Shown here in pieces: positions 39,745 to 54,466 of a DNA stretch of 64,000 nucleotides. Positions within the stretch are counted from its first letter, which is position 1, and each line of letters starts with the position of its first letter. The position numbers and the translations under genes are program-made. The stretch lies in the NCBI RefSeq assembly GCF_009914755.1, contig NC_060948.1; one strand, 5' to 3'. The notes beneath the pieces were generated by a model. The model was not told where the DNA came from. It ran no database searches and saw only the letters and a program-made list of their open reading frames with translations. Source of the DNA: the human T2T-CHM13v2.0 reference genome, Homo sapiens.

Positions 39745-40040
39745 GGCTAGGTGTGGTGGCTCACGCCTGTAATCCCAGCACTTTGGGAGGCCGAGGTGGG
39801 CAGATCATGAGGTTAGGAGATCGAGACCATCCTGGCTAACACAGTGAAACCCCGTCTCTGCTAAAAATATTTAAAAAATTAGCCAGGCGTGATGTCGGGC
39901 ACCTATAGTCCCAGCTACTCATGAGGCTGAGGCAGGAGAATGGCATGAACCCGGGAGGTGGACCTTACAGTGAGCCGAGATCACCCACCACCCTCCAGCC
40001 TGGGCGACAGAGCGATACTCCCTCTCAAAAAAAAAAAAAA
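39745..40040 (+). mobile_element. AluY, full length, 16 bp TSD
   Basis: GAGATCGAGACCATCCTGGCTAACAC and GGCATGAACCCGGGAGG diagnostics. TSD AAAATTAACCAGAAAT on both sides. Confidence 0.95.
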
Positions 40041-41178
40041 TTAACCAGAAATTTTAATTTTTATTAATTTATGTATTAATTAATTTTTATTATTTTTTAT
40101 TTTTTATTTAATTACTTATTTATTTTCTCTATTATCAAAAAAAGGCTAAAACAGCTGCCAAGATGATGTAAAAGTGAAATAAATTAGTTAAGCAACTTGG
40201 GAATATACCAAATATTACTTTAAAAAACTTTTAACAGGAGTCAAAAATTAATGATTCATTCAAAATCTGATATAGCCTAAAACACATTTTACTTTGCATG
40301 ATCTATGAACACAATATTCACTAGATAAAATATGAGACATCACTTTACTGAAATTTTAAAAAGTTAGGATTAAATTTTCTTTCCATTTAGAATTTTTAAA
40401 TTAATAAATAGATGCATATATTTTCAGTGTACGTGTGATGATTTGTTCCATCTATATAATCTAATGAGGGTAACAGAGATACACATTACGTTAAATATGT
40501 ATGTTTTATTTAAACTAGAAATATTCAAGTTATTCTCTCCTGGCTATTTTTAAATGTTAAACAGAATGTTAAATATAGTCACCCATAAATTTTCTTCCAA
40601 TCCTTTATTAAAATCACCCGTAAGTCACTCAGAAGAATCTGAGCATTATTTTAATTACTTGGCTTTCTTTTCCTAATCTATATTTAAAATAATTCTATAA
40701 TATGATATGGAGACATTCTACTGTCATTTAAATTCACCGTTTTTGAGGTGTTTTATACTAATCTTTGTCATCTTGACACTCTTATTCAACTCTGTTTTCT
40801 TACTTCTTTCCCCTCTTCACCTTTGTATTTGTGGAGCTGTTCTTTCAGGTTTCTTTCTACTTCTTTCCTTCCCTAATGGCAAACCTAACAATCATTTACT
40901 CCCATGACCTTTTAGGAATCCTGGTCCCATGCATATATTTCCCGTGTTGTTACACTTCTTTTCTATTATTACCTGGAGAACTTCCATTCCTTTATAGGAT
41001 CCTTGTCATTGTTATAAAGACAGGGAGATGGCAAGTGAATAAAGCATGGGAAAAATATTTTCCAAATAAAACAATTTACCATTGTAAAACTAGAGATCAT
41101 TAACAGATAAGAGTGAGTTGGTGAACAGGACTCGACTCTGATTATTCTATGTTGGCTTTTAACCACATCTTCATTTAC

Positions 41179-41247
41179 CTTATCAACATTTTGGTCTTCA
41201 AAAAAAGGTTCCATATTTTGTTTTTTCAATGCCACATGCAGCATCTA
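41179..41247 (-). pseudogene. ANKRD36: ANKRD36-like exon, 69 nt (LDAACGIEKTKYGTFF/EDQNVDK) with a +1 frameshift
   Basis: ctgtag acceptor, gtaaat donor. A T7 run (41200-41206) makes 69 nt where 68 nt would preserve frame. Confidence 0.85.
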
Positions 41248-41308
41248 CTACAGTAAAAACAAAGTCAAGAGTAGATGAAATGCGTGTAATTAAGAATCAA
41301 TAAATAAG

Positions 41309-41627
<319 letters not shown>

Positions 41628-41668
41628 AATCAGTAGATAATACAATAGTCAGGTTTCAAATAGCTTAC

Positions 41669-41729
41669 ACTTTTCTGCAGATTGTTGAGAAATAGTCCTT
41701 CTGTTCGTAAAGTATGGTTCTGAAATAGT
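41669..41729 (-). pseudogene. ANKRD36: ANKRD36-like exon, 61 nt (TISEPYFTNRRTISQQSAEK)
   Basis: ttctag acceptor, gtaagc donor. Confidence 0.87.
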
Positions 41730-42701
41730 CTAGAAGAAAGACACAATAGGTTTAAGAACAACATGCAGCAAGTTAAAATAATGATAATTGCCACCATTAC
41801 TACATGATCTAACACAAAAAGGATAGACTTTGAAGTCACTCATAAGTAGATTCAAACCTCAAGTCTGCCATTTACGTATCTACAGATTCACATGAGATGA
41901 TGATTATGATTGGTGATACAGATATTCTCAAAATGTTACTCCTTTCAACCCCGGTTGATTATTATACAAATACTATGATATCCATTAGTTTCTTTTATTA
42001 ACCACAACAAACTGGGACAAAAATTTACTCATACGTAATTTAGAGTATTACTGAACAAAACTAATAAAAAGTCAATTAATCACTTTAGTTTTCAAAATAT
42101 TTATGCATGATATATATTTGTGTGAATTACTTCCTGTGGGAAAAAAATGTGAGAATGTATTTTTTAGTAGTAATATATTTAAATGGGCTAGCATCGGAAT
42201 CAGTGTAAGTTGCTTCTATTCTGTGTGTCAAAAGCTAAAAACAAATTATTGTATAACTTCAGCTCCTTCCAAAAAAGACAGAATAAAGCAACCATCCACT
42301 TTATGGAGCAATGATTCACGAATGAAAGCCACACATAGCTACTAAATAGAAAGGTGTAACTAAGTATCCTGACAACAGAAACAGAGGTGAAATGAAAGAA
42401 TAGACACTAAAGACATGTGGTCTGCAAGGAAAAAGTTAGACTGAGGTAAATCATTTTTAAAGAAAGGGGAAGGAGGGAGAAACAAACAAAAAAAGAGACA
42501 TGACCAGTCAATCAAATATGAGCTTAAAAGAAAAGCTTGTGTTCATAATATATGCCTAATAATGCTGGTTAGCATTTACTCGACAATTTGTTTTGTGTAA
42601 ATACTTATGTAATAAAAAGTTTAGTTTGTTTACTATAAAATAACACATCCCAAGAGTTAACCATGATCATTCACCTGAAAGCTGAAACATTCTTACTACA
42701 A

Positions 42702-42736
<35 letters not shown>

Positions 42737-42737
42737 G
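42702..42737. repeat. (GA)n microsatellite
   Basis: About 17 GA units. The paralogous site near 48105 has only about 5. Confidence 0.85.
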
Positions 42738-43564
42738 GAAAAAAAAAAACAATAGAATTCCAGGAACTTAACACCTGGAGAAAGAATTTTTATTCAGAAT
42801 TCAAAAGAGTAATGTATGTCCTGAAAAATATGTATTTAATAGAACATGGTTGGGGCTTTGAAAATTTAATCTAAAATCCCAATCTAAGCTTCCAGTTGGA
42901 AGATATTAGAAAACACGCTGTATCCACCTTTCCTATTTCCTTTCCATCTCTTCCAATTTTCATTTTATTCTATGACATATTTTCTCAGCATAACTCACCT
43001 CAACTTATAGATTCTCAACATTAGAAGAAAAGATAAATTCAGAACATTCAAGACATTTAATAGACTTAATTATTAGATATCTTATGCATATTATGTTACC
43101 TGTAACATTCCATTAAAAAAAGGCCATTTCCCTGTTTGCTGATTCACATTAAAAACTAATAAAATGTTTCTTACATGCAAGACCTTATTCTGGGTACTCA
43201 AGATACATACAAATAGTTTTTCTAGCTTCAAGTGGCTCATACGAATGCAGGAGCTTTACAATTATTTTTTCAATAACTAAGCACAAAAGCCTCTGAAATT
43301 TGAAATTTAGAATGAGATACAAAGACCCCGAGCGGATTTTTTTTTAATTACAATGCAAAAATCTTGTGAAGTTAAAGTCTGACCACAGAGATATGAAGAG
43401 TCTCTGCTTATCAAACAGGTTGTTATTTTAAACAAAATGCATATTCTTCGATTAGATAAAGAGTTTACAGTATACTCTTAATAAAAAAGACTTGGAAAAC
43501 ACAGGGTAAACCCTCTCTAATACAGGTGTGAGAACAGAATTTAAATTTCTAATATTCCACAACT

Positions 43565-43692
43565 TTTTAAAATTAGAGATATGCTCTTGCTATATTGCCA
43601 AGCTTGGTCTTAAACTCCTGGGATCAAGAAATTCTCCTGGCTTGATCTCTTGAATAGGTGGGACTACAGGCACATGATACCATGTCTAGTTA
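43565..43692 (-). mobile_element. FLAM/Alu monomer; paralog at about 48943-49071
   Basis: TAGAGATATGCTCTTGCTATATTGCCAAGCTTGGTCTTAAACTCCTGGG..GGGACTACAGGC. Confidence 0.75.
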
Positions 43693-44258
43693 AATTTCCA
43701 CAATTTCTAATATTATTTTAGTCTAATTATATAGAACCAAGAATAAAAATAAAGAAATAGCTCTCTGCAAAAATACAGTATGATGTTAAAATAGGTGTAC
43801 AAGAAATAAAAAGAAACTATATGCTGTGTGTAAAGGGTGATTCCATGATTCCCATAATAAGTCATCTGATGTAACAAACATTCATTTAAACAGAGGTATT
43901 ATTAGTCATACTCATATGATATACAACTCAAAGTAAAAACACTTACTCAGATAAGCCTAGACCAAAATTTGTATCTCCTCTCTTTTGGGAAAGCGTTCCC
44001 AAACAACATCTTTCTGTCACTATGTATTTTTTTTTTCAGATCACACCTCTCAACATATTTATCAACTATTTCTTATTTGCAAAGTGAAAAAAAAATTAAA
44101 ATTAACCCCTCCTATTTCTTTAAAATGGTTATCTCTAATAAAAGTTTTAATACTAACATAAAACAATGATAGGTAGACAATCGCTAAGTTTTAGAAGAAA
44201 ATAATACAAAAAATGAGATTCAGAATGAGAAAATTAATTTCACGAGACAGTACTCTAC

Positions 44259-44325
44259 TTCAGATTCCAAAGCAAACTTATCCTTTGTCACAGGCTGTGC
44301 AACACTATCCAGTATGTAGCGACAC
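44259..44325 (-). pseudogene. ANKRD36: ANKRD36-like exon, 67 nt (CRYILDSVAQPVTKDKFALESE)
   Basis: ctgtag acceptor, gtagag donor. Confidence 0.87.
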
Positions 44326-46179
44326 CTACAGAGCAAAAAGATATGAGACAAAATTGAGCACGTTCGTTTCTTAAAAGAAAACAAAAACCATCAGTCTATA
44401 CATGCATGTCCCCTCCACAAAAAAATGGTAAAACAAAGTCTGAGGAAGGTCAGTTATCCTTATATTAAATAATATTTCTTGGTATAATTAAGATATGGCT
44501 TCTGTATTAGAAAACATTTCAGTTACCTATTTCTGCCTCCACCTCTCCCACCCTATGAAATATCCAATGCAGACTCACCCTTAAACCCATAACAAATAGT
44601 GACAGGCATTACAGTGGCACGGCCAGACAATAATTTGTCTTTATAAATTATCTACCCTAAAGACTAAACTGAAAATCCAATTGATATCTGAAACAACTTT
44701 TGTTACTCAACTGCAGTAAACCCGATAACCTAAAACAAGGTAGAAAAGGCACTGTGTCTTCTGCATTATCTATTTCTGATTCAAAGACTAATCTGTGTCA
44801 CAGGAAAATGGGAGTCTTGGATCTTCAGCATGTAAGCTACTTAGATTGCCCATTGATTCTCTTTACTCTAGAACTCTACAGGGAGCCCCCTGAAACACTG
44901 CAAGTGTTTGAAAGCTGAATGTAAAAAAGTCAAAGTACAAATGTACTCTGGGAATATTCCTCACAGAAGATTAAAACATTAAAAATTATAAAATCCAATT
45001 ATTGTCATTATATAGATCCTGCTTTATTCAGGTCCACAAAAACCAGCAAGCTTAAGAATCTTCATAAACACTCAGATACTCAAGAGAGAGACTGCTGGAA
45101 AAGTCTCCCTCCTGAGTACATACAGCTTCATTTCATTCATCACTATCTAAATACCTTCCTATGGGTTCCCCCTTCTGGATCCCTCTTCTGCAGGGATCAA
45201 TGGCAATCTCCAATCTACATCTTCAAATTTGTCTGTCCCCTGCAAATTCCATTCTTATCCACTTTCATTGGGTTCAACTGCTCATTCCATTCTCATCCTT
45301 TTCCACTGTGTTCACTAGAGCCACTCCCTCTTTCTAAAACTAAAATCACTCAATGACAGAATAATGTAAAAGAAGACTGGGTTTTGAACTAAGAAACCTG
45401 AGTGCAATTCTTATTTCTCTGATTTACTGTATCCAAATAATTTTCTCTCTTTGAGTTTCAGGTTCTCCACCTGAACAACCACTTGATCAGGATGTTAAGC
45501 AAGGATTCAAGTACTAGAGGATATTTTGTTTAGTCTCTAGGATTTCTTAACATTCTGAAATTCTATGCGCCTCCGATTTTGTCTATAGGAAAATGGGGAA
45601 TATTTAGCTGCCTTAAATGAAAACTATAATAGAAGATCATAAACCCTAAGAAAAGCAGAGGAGAAAGTAAAAAGAAATCAAGAAAATATTATTAAAATGT
45701 CACAGAAGGAAAAAAAAAATCCAGAAAATAAGAAAAAGCTTCAGAGAACCAGGCAGGGTACTTACTGAAAGAGAAAACCTAACTGGGTAGGTAGTAAGTA
45801 GAGAAATGAATGAGAAATATCCTTTTAATATATGCTAAATATAGTTAACATAACATGGACTATATTTAGATATTCTCCAAGCACAGTAAGATAATATTTT
45901 TCTAGGACTGGCCTGGTCTTGCTTATGAAAAACTTAGGGTCCTGTGGCCACAGATAACTGATAACTGCCTTTAAAACTTTGATGATTAAAAAAAAAAAGT
46001 AATATGGTTACCACTGCCATTTCAAAATATTTGGACAAACTTTTGGAGTAGCCAGGCTTCTAAATAACACTCTAAAGACAGTTAATATATAACCAAATGC
46101 GACTTTCTGAATTGATCCGATGTAAATCAGTACCGTGATCCCATTGCTGCATAGGCCTCTATCCATCTATGCTTAGGGG

Positions 46180-46418
46180 CAAATGAAGTGATTTGAGAGC
46201 CAGGCAGGATGATGGTCTAATCCTGGGTTGGCTACCTGTTAACTGTGGAATCATGAGCCAATATTTCAACCTCTTTAAAGCAGAGTTGTCTATTATTAGT
46301 AAAAAAGGAATAATAGCACAAATAGTTTGTAAAGCTGTGTGAAGATGACATGACATGATAAATGTTAAGCATGTAATATGGTGTCTAGCACAGAGTAGAA
46401 CACTAAACAGATACTAGT
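46180..46418 (+). mobile_element. MIR SINE; paralog at about 52175-52408
   Basis: MIR core-like AATCCTGG..TTAACTGTG..TTCAACCTCT..GTAAAAAAGGAATAATAGCAC and 3' TGTCTAGCACAGAGTAGAACACTAAAC. Confidence 0.65.
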
Positions 46419-46477
46419 TTCTATTCTCTCTATTCACTTAGTTAACATATCACTTTAAAAAATCTGTGAAATCATAC

Positions 46478-46508
46478 CTGTCAAAACACTCTTCAACAGG
46501 AGGAAGCA
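46478..46508 (-). pseudogene. ANKRD36: ANKRD36-like exon, 31 nt (VLPPVEECFDR)
   Basis: tcatag acceptor, gtatga donor. Confidence 0.86.
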
Positions 46509-46577
46509 CTATGAAAGAAAAAGTAAAATGCATTTTAAATCAACAATAGAAAACTACAGAGTACTAAAAACATAAAA

Positions 46578-46712
46578 GAACACAGTGTCTTGTTCCTATA
46601 ATTCCAGCTACTCAGAAGGCTGAGGCAGAAGTATAACTTGAGAAGCCCAAGAGTTTGAGACCAGCCTGGGCAAAATAGCAAGACTCTATCCTTATAAAAA
46701 TAATAATAATAA
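46578..46712 (+). mobile_element. FLAM/Alu monomer; paralog at about 52563-52705
   Basis: CCTATAATTCCAGCTACTCAGAAGGCTGAGGCAG..GAGTTTGAGACCAGCCTGGGCAAAATAGCAAGAC. Confidence 0.8.
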
Positions 46713-46716
46713 TCAA

Positions 46717-47036
<320 letters not shown>

Positions 47037-47075
47037 TCAGTAAATACTGCAATAGGCAGGCTTCAAATAGCTTAC

Positions 47076-47136
47076 CATCTTCTATCGATCATAGAGAAAT
47101 AATCCTTCTCTCTGGGATGTATAGTTTTGAAATAGT
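47076..47136 (-). pseudogene. ANKRD36: ANKRD36-like exon, 61 nt (TISKLYIPERRIISL*SIED) with an in-frame TGA
   Basis: ttctag acceptor, gtaagc donor, stop at 47089-47091. Confidence 0.86.
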
Positions 47137-49608
47137 CTAGAAGAAAAACACAATAGGTTTAAGAGTAACATGGGGCAAGTTAAAATAATGATAATACCCA
47201 CCATTACTACATGATTTAACAGGAAAAGTATGGACGTTGAAGTCACTCATATGTAGATTCAAACCTCAAGTCTGCCATTTACTTATCTACAGATTCACAT
47301 GGCATGATGGTTATGATTGGTGAGACAGATATTTTCAAAATGTTACTCCTTTCAACCCCAGTTGATTATTATACAAATACTATGATATCCATTAGTTTCT
47401 TTTATTAGCCACAACAAACTAGGACAAAAATGTACCCTATGTAATTTAGAGTATTAGCGAATAAAACTAATAATAAAAAAGTAAATCACATTATTTTTCA
47501 AAATAGCTATGAATGGTGTATATTTGTGCAAATTTCATTTTGTGGGAAAAAATGTGAGAATGTAGTTTTTAGTAGTACTATATTTAAATGGGTTGGCATC
47601 AGAAACAGTACAAGTTGCTTCTATTCAGTGTGTCAAAAGCTAAAAACAAATTATAGTATAACTTAAGCTCCTTCCAAAAAAGACAGAACAAAGCAACCAT
47701 CCACCTTACGGAGCAATGATTCATGAATGAAGGCCACACATAGCTACTAAATAGAAAGCTGTAACTAAGTATCCTGACAATAGAAACAGAAGTGAAATGA
47801 AAGAATAGACACTAAAGACATGTGGGCTGCAAGGAGAAAGTTAGACTGAGGTAAATCATTTTTAAAGAAAGGGGAAGGAGGGAGAAACAAACAAAAAAAG
47901 AGACATGACCAGTCAATCAAATATGAGCTTAAAAGAAGACCTTGTGTTCATAATATATGCTTAATAATACTGGTTAGCATTTACTCGACAATTTGTTTTG
48001 TGTAAATACTTATGTAAGAAAGAGTTTCATTTGTTTACTATAAAATAACACATCCCAAGAGTTAACCATGATGATTGATCTGAAAGTTGAAACATTCTTA
48101 CTACAGAGAGAGAGAGGGAAAAAAAATTTCCAGCAACTTAACAGCTGGAGAAATAATTTTTATTCAGAATTTGAAAGAGTAATGTATGTCCTGAAAAACA
48201 GGTATTTAATAGAACATGATTGGGTCTTTAAAAATTTAAGAAAATTTAATCTAAAATCCTAATCTAAGCTTCCAGTTGGAAGATATTAGAAAACAGGCTG
48301 TATCCACATTTCCTATTTCCTTTTCATCTTTTCTAAATTTTATTTTCTTCTATATGACATATTTTCTCAACATGAGTCACCTCAACTTATACATTCTCAA
48401 CATTAGAAGAAGAGATAAATTCAAAACACTCAAGAAATTTAATAGATTTAATTATTAAATATGTCATGCATATTATGTTACCTGTAAGATTCTATTATAA
48501 AAAAGCCCATTTGCCTGTTTGTTGATTCACATTAAAAACTATTAAAATGTTTCTTACATGCAAGATCTTATTCTGTGTATTCCAGGATACATACAAATAG
48601 GTTTTCTAGTTTCAAGTTGCTGGTAGTAATGCAGGAGCTTTACAATTATTTTTTCAATAACTAAGCACAAAAGCCTCTGAAATTTGAAATTTAGAATGAG
48701 ATACAAAGACCCTGAGTGGATTCTTTTTAATTACAATTCAAAAGCCTTGTGAAATTAAAGTCTGACCATAGGAATATGAAGAGTCTCTGTTTATCAGAGA
48801 GGTTATTTTAAACAAAATGCATATTTTTCAATTAAATAAAGAGTTTAAAGTATACTCTAAATAAAAAAGCCTTGGAAAACACTGTGTAAACCCTCTCTAA
48901 TACAGGTGTGAGAACAGAATTTACATTTCTAAACTTCCACAACTTTTTAAAATTAGAGATAAGCTCTTGTTATATTGCCAAGCTTGGTCTTAAACTTCTG
49001 GGCTCAAGAAATTCTCCTGGCTTGATCTCTTGAATAGGTGGGACTACATGGACATGATACCATGTCTAGTTACATTTCCACAATTTCTAATATGATTTTA
49101 GTCTAATTATAGAGCCACAAATAAAAATAAGGAAATAGCTCTCTGCAAAAATAGTGTATGATATCAAAACATGTGTACAAGAAATAAAAAGAAACCACAT
49201 GCTATGTGTAACAGAGTGATTCCATGATTTCTATGATAAGTCATCTGATGTATTAAAGATTCATTTAAACAGAGGTATTATTAGTCATACTCATATGATA
49301 TACAACTCAAAGTAAAAACACTCAAATAAGCCTAGACCAAAATTTGTATCTCGTCTCTTGTGGGAAAGCATTCCCAAACATCATTTTTCTGTCACTGTGT
49401 ATTTTCCAGCAATTTTTTTTTCAGATCACACCTCTCAAAGAATTTATCAACTATTTATTACTTGCCAAAGTAAAAAAAAAAATAAAATTAACCCCTCCCG
49501 TTTCTTTAAAATGGTTATCTCTAATAAAAGTTTTAATACTAACATAAAACAATGATAGGTAGACAACTGTTAAGTTTTAGAAGAAAATAATATAAAAACT
49601 GAGATTCA

Positions 49609-49755
<147 letters not shown>

Positions 49756-52466
49756 TCAAAGAAAACAAAAACCGTCAGTCTATACATGCGTGTCGCCTCC
49801 AAAAAAAATGGTAAAACAAAGTCTGAGGAAACTCAGTTATCTGCATATTAAATAATATTTCTTGGTATAATTAAGATATGGCTTCCATTTTAGAAAACAT
49901 TTCAGTTACCTATTTCTGCCTCCACCTCTCCCAGCCTATGAAATATCCAATGCAGACTCACCCTTAAACCCATAACAAATAGTGACAGGCATTATAACGG
50001 CACGGCCAGACAATAATTTGTCCTTATAAATTATCTACCCTAAAGGCTAAACTGAAAATCCAGTTGATATCTGACACAACTTTTGTTACTGAACTGCAGT
50101 AAACCTGATAACCTAAAACAAGGTAGAAAAGGCACTGTCTCTTCTGCATTATTTATTTCTGATTCAAAGACTAATCTGTGTCACTGGAAAATGGGAGTCT
50201 TGGATCTTCAGCATGTAAGGTACTTAAAGAGGGCCCATTGATTCTCTTCACCCTAGAACACTACAGGGAGCCCCCTGAAACACTGAAAATGTTTGAAAGC
50301 TGAGTGTACAAAAGTCAAAGTACAAATGTATATGTTTTTAGGTTGTTAGTGGGAATATTCTTCACAGAAGTTTAAAATATTAAAAATTTTAAAATCCAAT
50401 TATTGTCATTATATAGATCCTGCCTTATTCAGATCCACAAAAACCAGCAAGCTTAAGAACCTTCATAGACACTCAGATACGCAAGAGAGAGACTGCTGGA
50501 AAAGTCTCCCTCCTAAGTACTTATAGCTCCATTTCATTCATCACTATCTAAATATCTTCCTTCCTATGGGCTCCCACTTCTGGATCCCTCTTCTGCAGGG
50601 ATCCGTGGCAATCTCCAATCTACATCTTCAGCCTAGGAAAGCCCAGATTCCTCAAAAGACGGGCTAACATAATTGAGAGTAGGAGCTCTCTATTCCTCTG
50701 CTTCTGGAAAGTAAGTTAGTCTCAGTCATCCACCCCAAGCATACGCATGTTACCAACTACCCAAATGAAGCTTCACTGCTGGTTTGCTGGCCAATCCTAC
50801 ATTTGCCCTACCCTACATGTACATGAGAGAATTGAGAAAAGAGTCAGAAAAAAGAGACATCCACTCTGGGTCACAGATCTATGTACTTAAGCAATCTCCA
50901 GCTCCCTAGTCCTTGAGGGATTCTAAGGCCTCTGTAAGCTGGGATGGAAGAAGATGATACCACATTCCTATCTGCTCCGGAGACTATTTCCAGTGGCTCA
51001 AATTCTTTTAACATTTTTCAATAAAACCTTGAAGTTTGTCAGTTCCTCCAGTTAAACAAACAAAAAGGCAGCAACCACTTCAGAATTCCTTGAATGCCGT
51101 ATTCTAATATCCCGACATCCTGTGTTTTCAATTCCCTTATCTTTATCAAACTTGTAATAAAGCCAAACATTCGGATTTTTTCCTAAAACCCTCATTTCCA
51201 TCCAACTAAGGGTTTGTTTCTCTTCAAATTTGGCTGTCCCCTGCAAATTCCATTCTTATCCACTTTCATTGGGTTCAACAGCTCATTCCATTCTCATCCT
51301 TTTCCACTGTGTTCACTAGAGCCACTCCCTCTTTCTAAAACTAAAATCGCTCAATGACAGAATGTAAAAGAAGACTGGGTTTTGAACAAAGAAAGCTGAG
51401 TGCAATTCTCATTTCTCTGATTTACTGTATCCAAATAATTTTTTCTCTTTGAGTTTCAGGTTCTCCACCTGAACAACCACTTGATCAGGATGTTAAGCAA
51501 GGATTCAAGTACTAGAGGATATTTTGTTTAGTCTCTAGGATTTCTTAACATTCTGAAATTCTATGCACCTCTGATTTTGTCTATAGAAAAATGGGGAATA
51601 TTTAGCTGCCGTTCACGAAAACTATAATAGAAGATCATAAGAAAAGCAGAAGAGAAGTAAAAAGAAATCAAGAAAGTATTAAAATGTCATAGAAGGAAAA
51701 TAAAAGAATCCAGAAAATAAGAAAAAGCTTCAGCGAACTAGGCAGGGTACTCACTTAAAGAGAAATCCTAACTGGGTAGGCAGTAAGTAGAGAAATGAAT
51801 TAGAAATATCCTTTTAATATATGTTAAATATAGTTAACATAACATGGTCTATCTTTAGATAATCTCCATGCACAGTAAGATAATATTTTTTCTAGGACTG
51901 ACCTGGTCTTGCTTATAAAAATCTTAGGGTCCTGTGGCCACAGGTAACTGATGCCTGCCTTTAAAATTTTGATGGTTAAAAAAAAAATGTAATATGGTTA
52001 CCACTGCCATTTCCAAAATATTTGGACAAACTTTTAGAGTATCCAGGCTTCTAAGGAACACTCTAAAGAGAGTTAATATATAACAAAATGTGACTTTCTG
52101 AATTGATCTGAGTTAAACTAGTATCGTGATCACACTGCTGCATAGGTCTGTATCCATCTATGCTTAGGGGCAAATGAAGTGGTTAGAGAGCCAGGCAGGA
52201 TGATGGCCAAATCATGAGTTGGCTACCTGTTAACTGTGGAATCATGAGCCAATATTTCAACCTCTTTAAAGCAGAGTTGTCTAATTAGCAAAAAAGCAAT
52301 AATAGCACAAATAGTTTGTAAAGCTGTGTGGAGACGACATGACATGATAAATATTAAGCATGTAATATGGTGTCTAGCACAGAGGAGAACACCAAACGGA
52401 TACTAGTTTCTATTCTCTCTATTCACTAAGTTAACATATCACTTTAAAAAATCTGTGAAATCATAC

Positions 52467-52497
52467 CTGTTTAAACACTGTTCAACAGCAGGAAGCA
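52467..52497 (-). pseudogene. ANKRD36: ANKRD36-like exon, 31 nt (VLPAVEQCLNR)
   Basis: taatag acceptor, gtatga donor. Confidence 0.87.
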
Positions 52498-52712
52498 CTA
52501 TTAAACAAAATGTAAAATGCATTTTAAATCAATAGGAACTTATAAAATATTAAAAACATAAAAGAGCACAGTGACTTGTTCCTATAATCTCAGCTACTCA
52601 AAAGGTTCAGGCAGAAGTATCACTTGAGAAGTCCAGGCATTTCAGACCACCTTGGGCAACACAGAAACATTCTATCTTTATTTTAAAAAGCTAAAAAAAT
52701 TTAAAAAAATCA

Positions 52713-52956
<244 letters not shown>

Positions 52957-54079
52957 TGTCTTTCATACAAGACATCAGAAGGGTTTAAACCATTATACTA
53001 CAAATATTCATCATGCTCTTTGACTTGCCTGACAATTGAGCAGGTGCACAATGACAATAACACTTTAGATGAATGTACACTTCAAAGCTCCTCAGTGGAA
53101 GTGTCCCGAATTGGTCAGCTTGGATATCTGTTTGGTGAATCCTATTATATTGTATTCATTATTTTTCATACCCATGTGGTATAATAATGAGCCTACACTT
53201 TTGTATTTTCTGGTTTAACCTTCAGAAAGTTTTGTCAGTCACTCATGGGAACAAGGTATAATATACAAACCTAATCAAAATGTATAAAAAATTATCAAAT
53301 TTGATATACTTACACGCAATAAAGTGGCTACAAGCATTAGATATGAATAAGGTTGTTCATTTGGAAATCACTCCAATATTCATTAAAAATAAATATTTTA
53401 GGAGTCAATTAAAGAATTTAACATTATTTTTGTTTCTAAAATAAGTCTGGTTTGAAGGATCATGTTATTCTCTAAAGTATTTTCATTAAATTGCTATTTT
53501 GTCCAAAAGTTAGCTCTCTGAACAACAAAGCCAGTGTATGCATATTTACATTTATCTCATTTGACTAACTGATAACAACAAAACATATATCTCTGATGCC
53601 CAATAATTACAAAGAGGGGTAACAGGTGACTGTGGTTTATCACAATTCTGGCACTCTATCCTCTTTCCAGTAGTTCCTGGAACAGCCAAAATCAAATCTT
53701 CCTTTATGCAAACATTCTAAATGCATCTGACGTGAGTTCCCTCAGGTTTCCTCAGTACAAACCCTAAAATTAAATAACTTCTTTTCCCTTCTTCCTGCCT
53801 CACAATCCCTCTTCCCTGAGGAAAATGATTACTACATCAGCGGTCTCGTTACTTCTCCTTCTATAGTGTTTATGGCTTATTACGATCACTTCCTCCCTCT
53901 GGTTTTAGCAATGTGATCTGGCGCCTATAATTTCTAGTACTTCATCTTGTTCTCCTTCCCCTCTTGATGGAAACATGCTGTAGAATTAAAGCACAATTAT
54001 GCTGTCCCCTCAGCCTGTTATGTCTTGAACTGTTCTCCAGTGGTTCTTCTTCCCAATTTCAATGTAGGGAAATCTATAA

Positions 54080-54205
54080 TCTTACTACTCAGATCATGGC
54101 CAAAAATCAGCAGAATCACCATCACTCCAGAACTTATTACAAATGCAGAATCTCAGGCCCGCTGAATCAGAAAGAGCAGCTTCAATGAGCCCCCTGCTGA
54201 TTTAT
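54080..54205. mobile_element. MER5-like DNA transposon relic in the intron repeat; paralog at about 55962-56085
   Basis: CAGCAGCATCAGCGTCACCCGAGAACTTATTA..TCTCAGGCC..CTGAATCAGAA resembles the MER5A consensus as recalled. Confidence 0.6.
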
Positions 54206-54270
54206 TCGGGGAAGGGAAGTTCTCCTCTATCTTGAGAAAACATGACATTAAATGTGTATTGCAAAATTAC

Positions 54271-54343
54271 CTGTCCCAGATTTTTGTTCATCTTTTATTT
54301 CTGTGGCTATGTTCAAAACAGAATATTTCTTGTCACTTGTATC
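54271..54343 (-). pseudogene. ANKRD36: ANKRD36-like exon, 73 nt (DTSDKKYSVLNIATEIKDEQKSGT)
   Basis: cattcag acceptor, gtaatt donor. Confidence 0.88.
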
Positions 54344-54437
54344 CTGAATGGGATTTCAAACAAAATAATCAATACATACAGTATATTTCATAGACTATAC
54401 AGTTAATAATTCAAAATATGAATGAAGAGTGTAATAC

Positions 54438-54466
54438 CTTCAAGGCCGGTTGTTTCTGAGAAGACA
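54438..54466 (-). pseudogene. ANKRD36: ANKRD36-like exon, 29 nt (VSSQKQPALK)
   Basis: ttttcag acceptor, gtatta donor. Confidence 0.88.
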
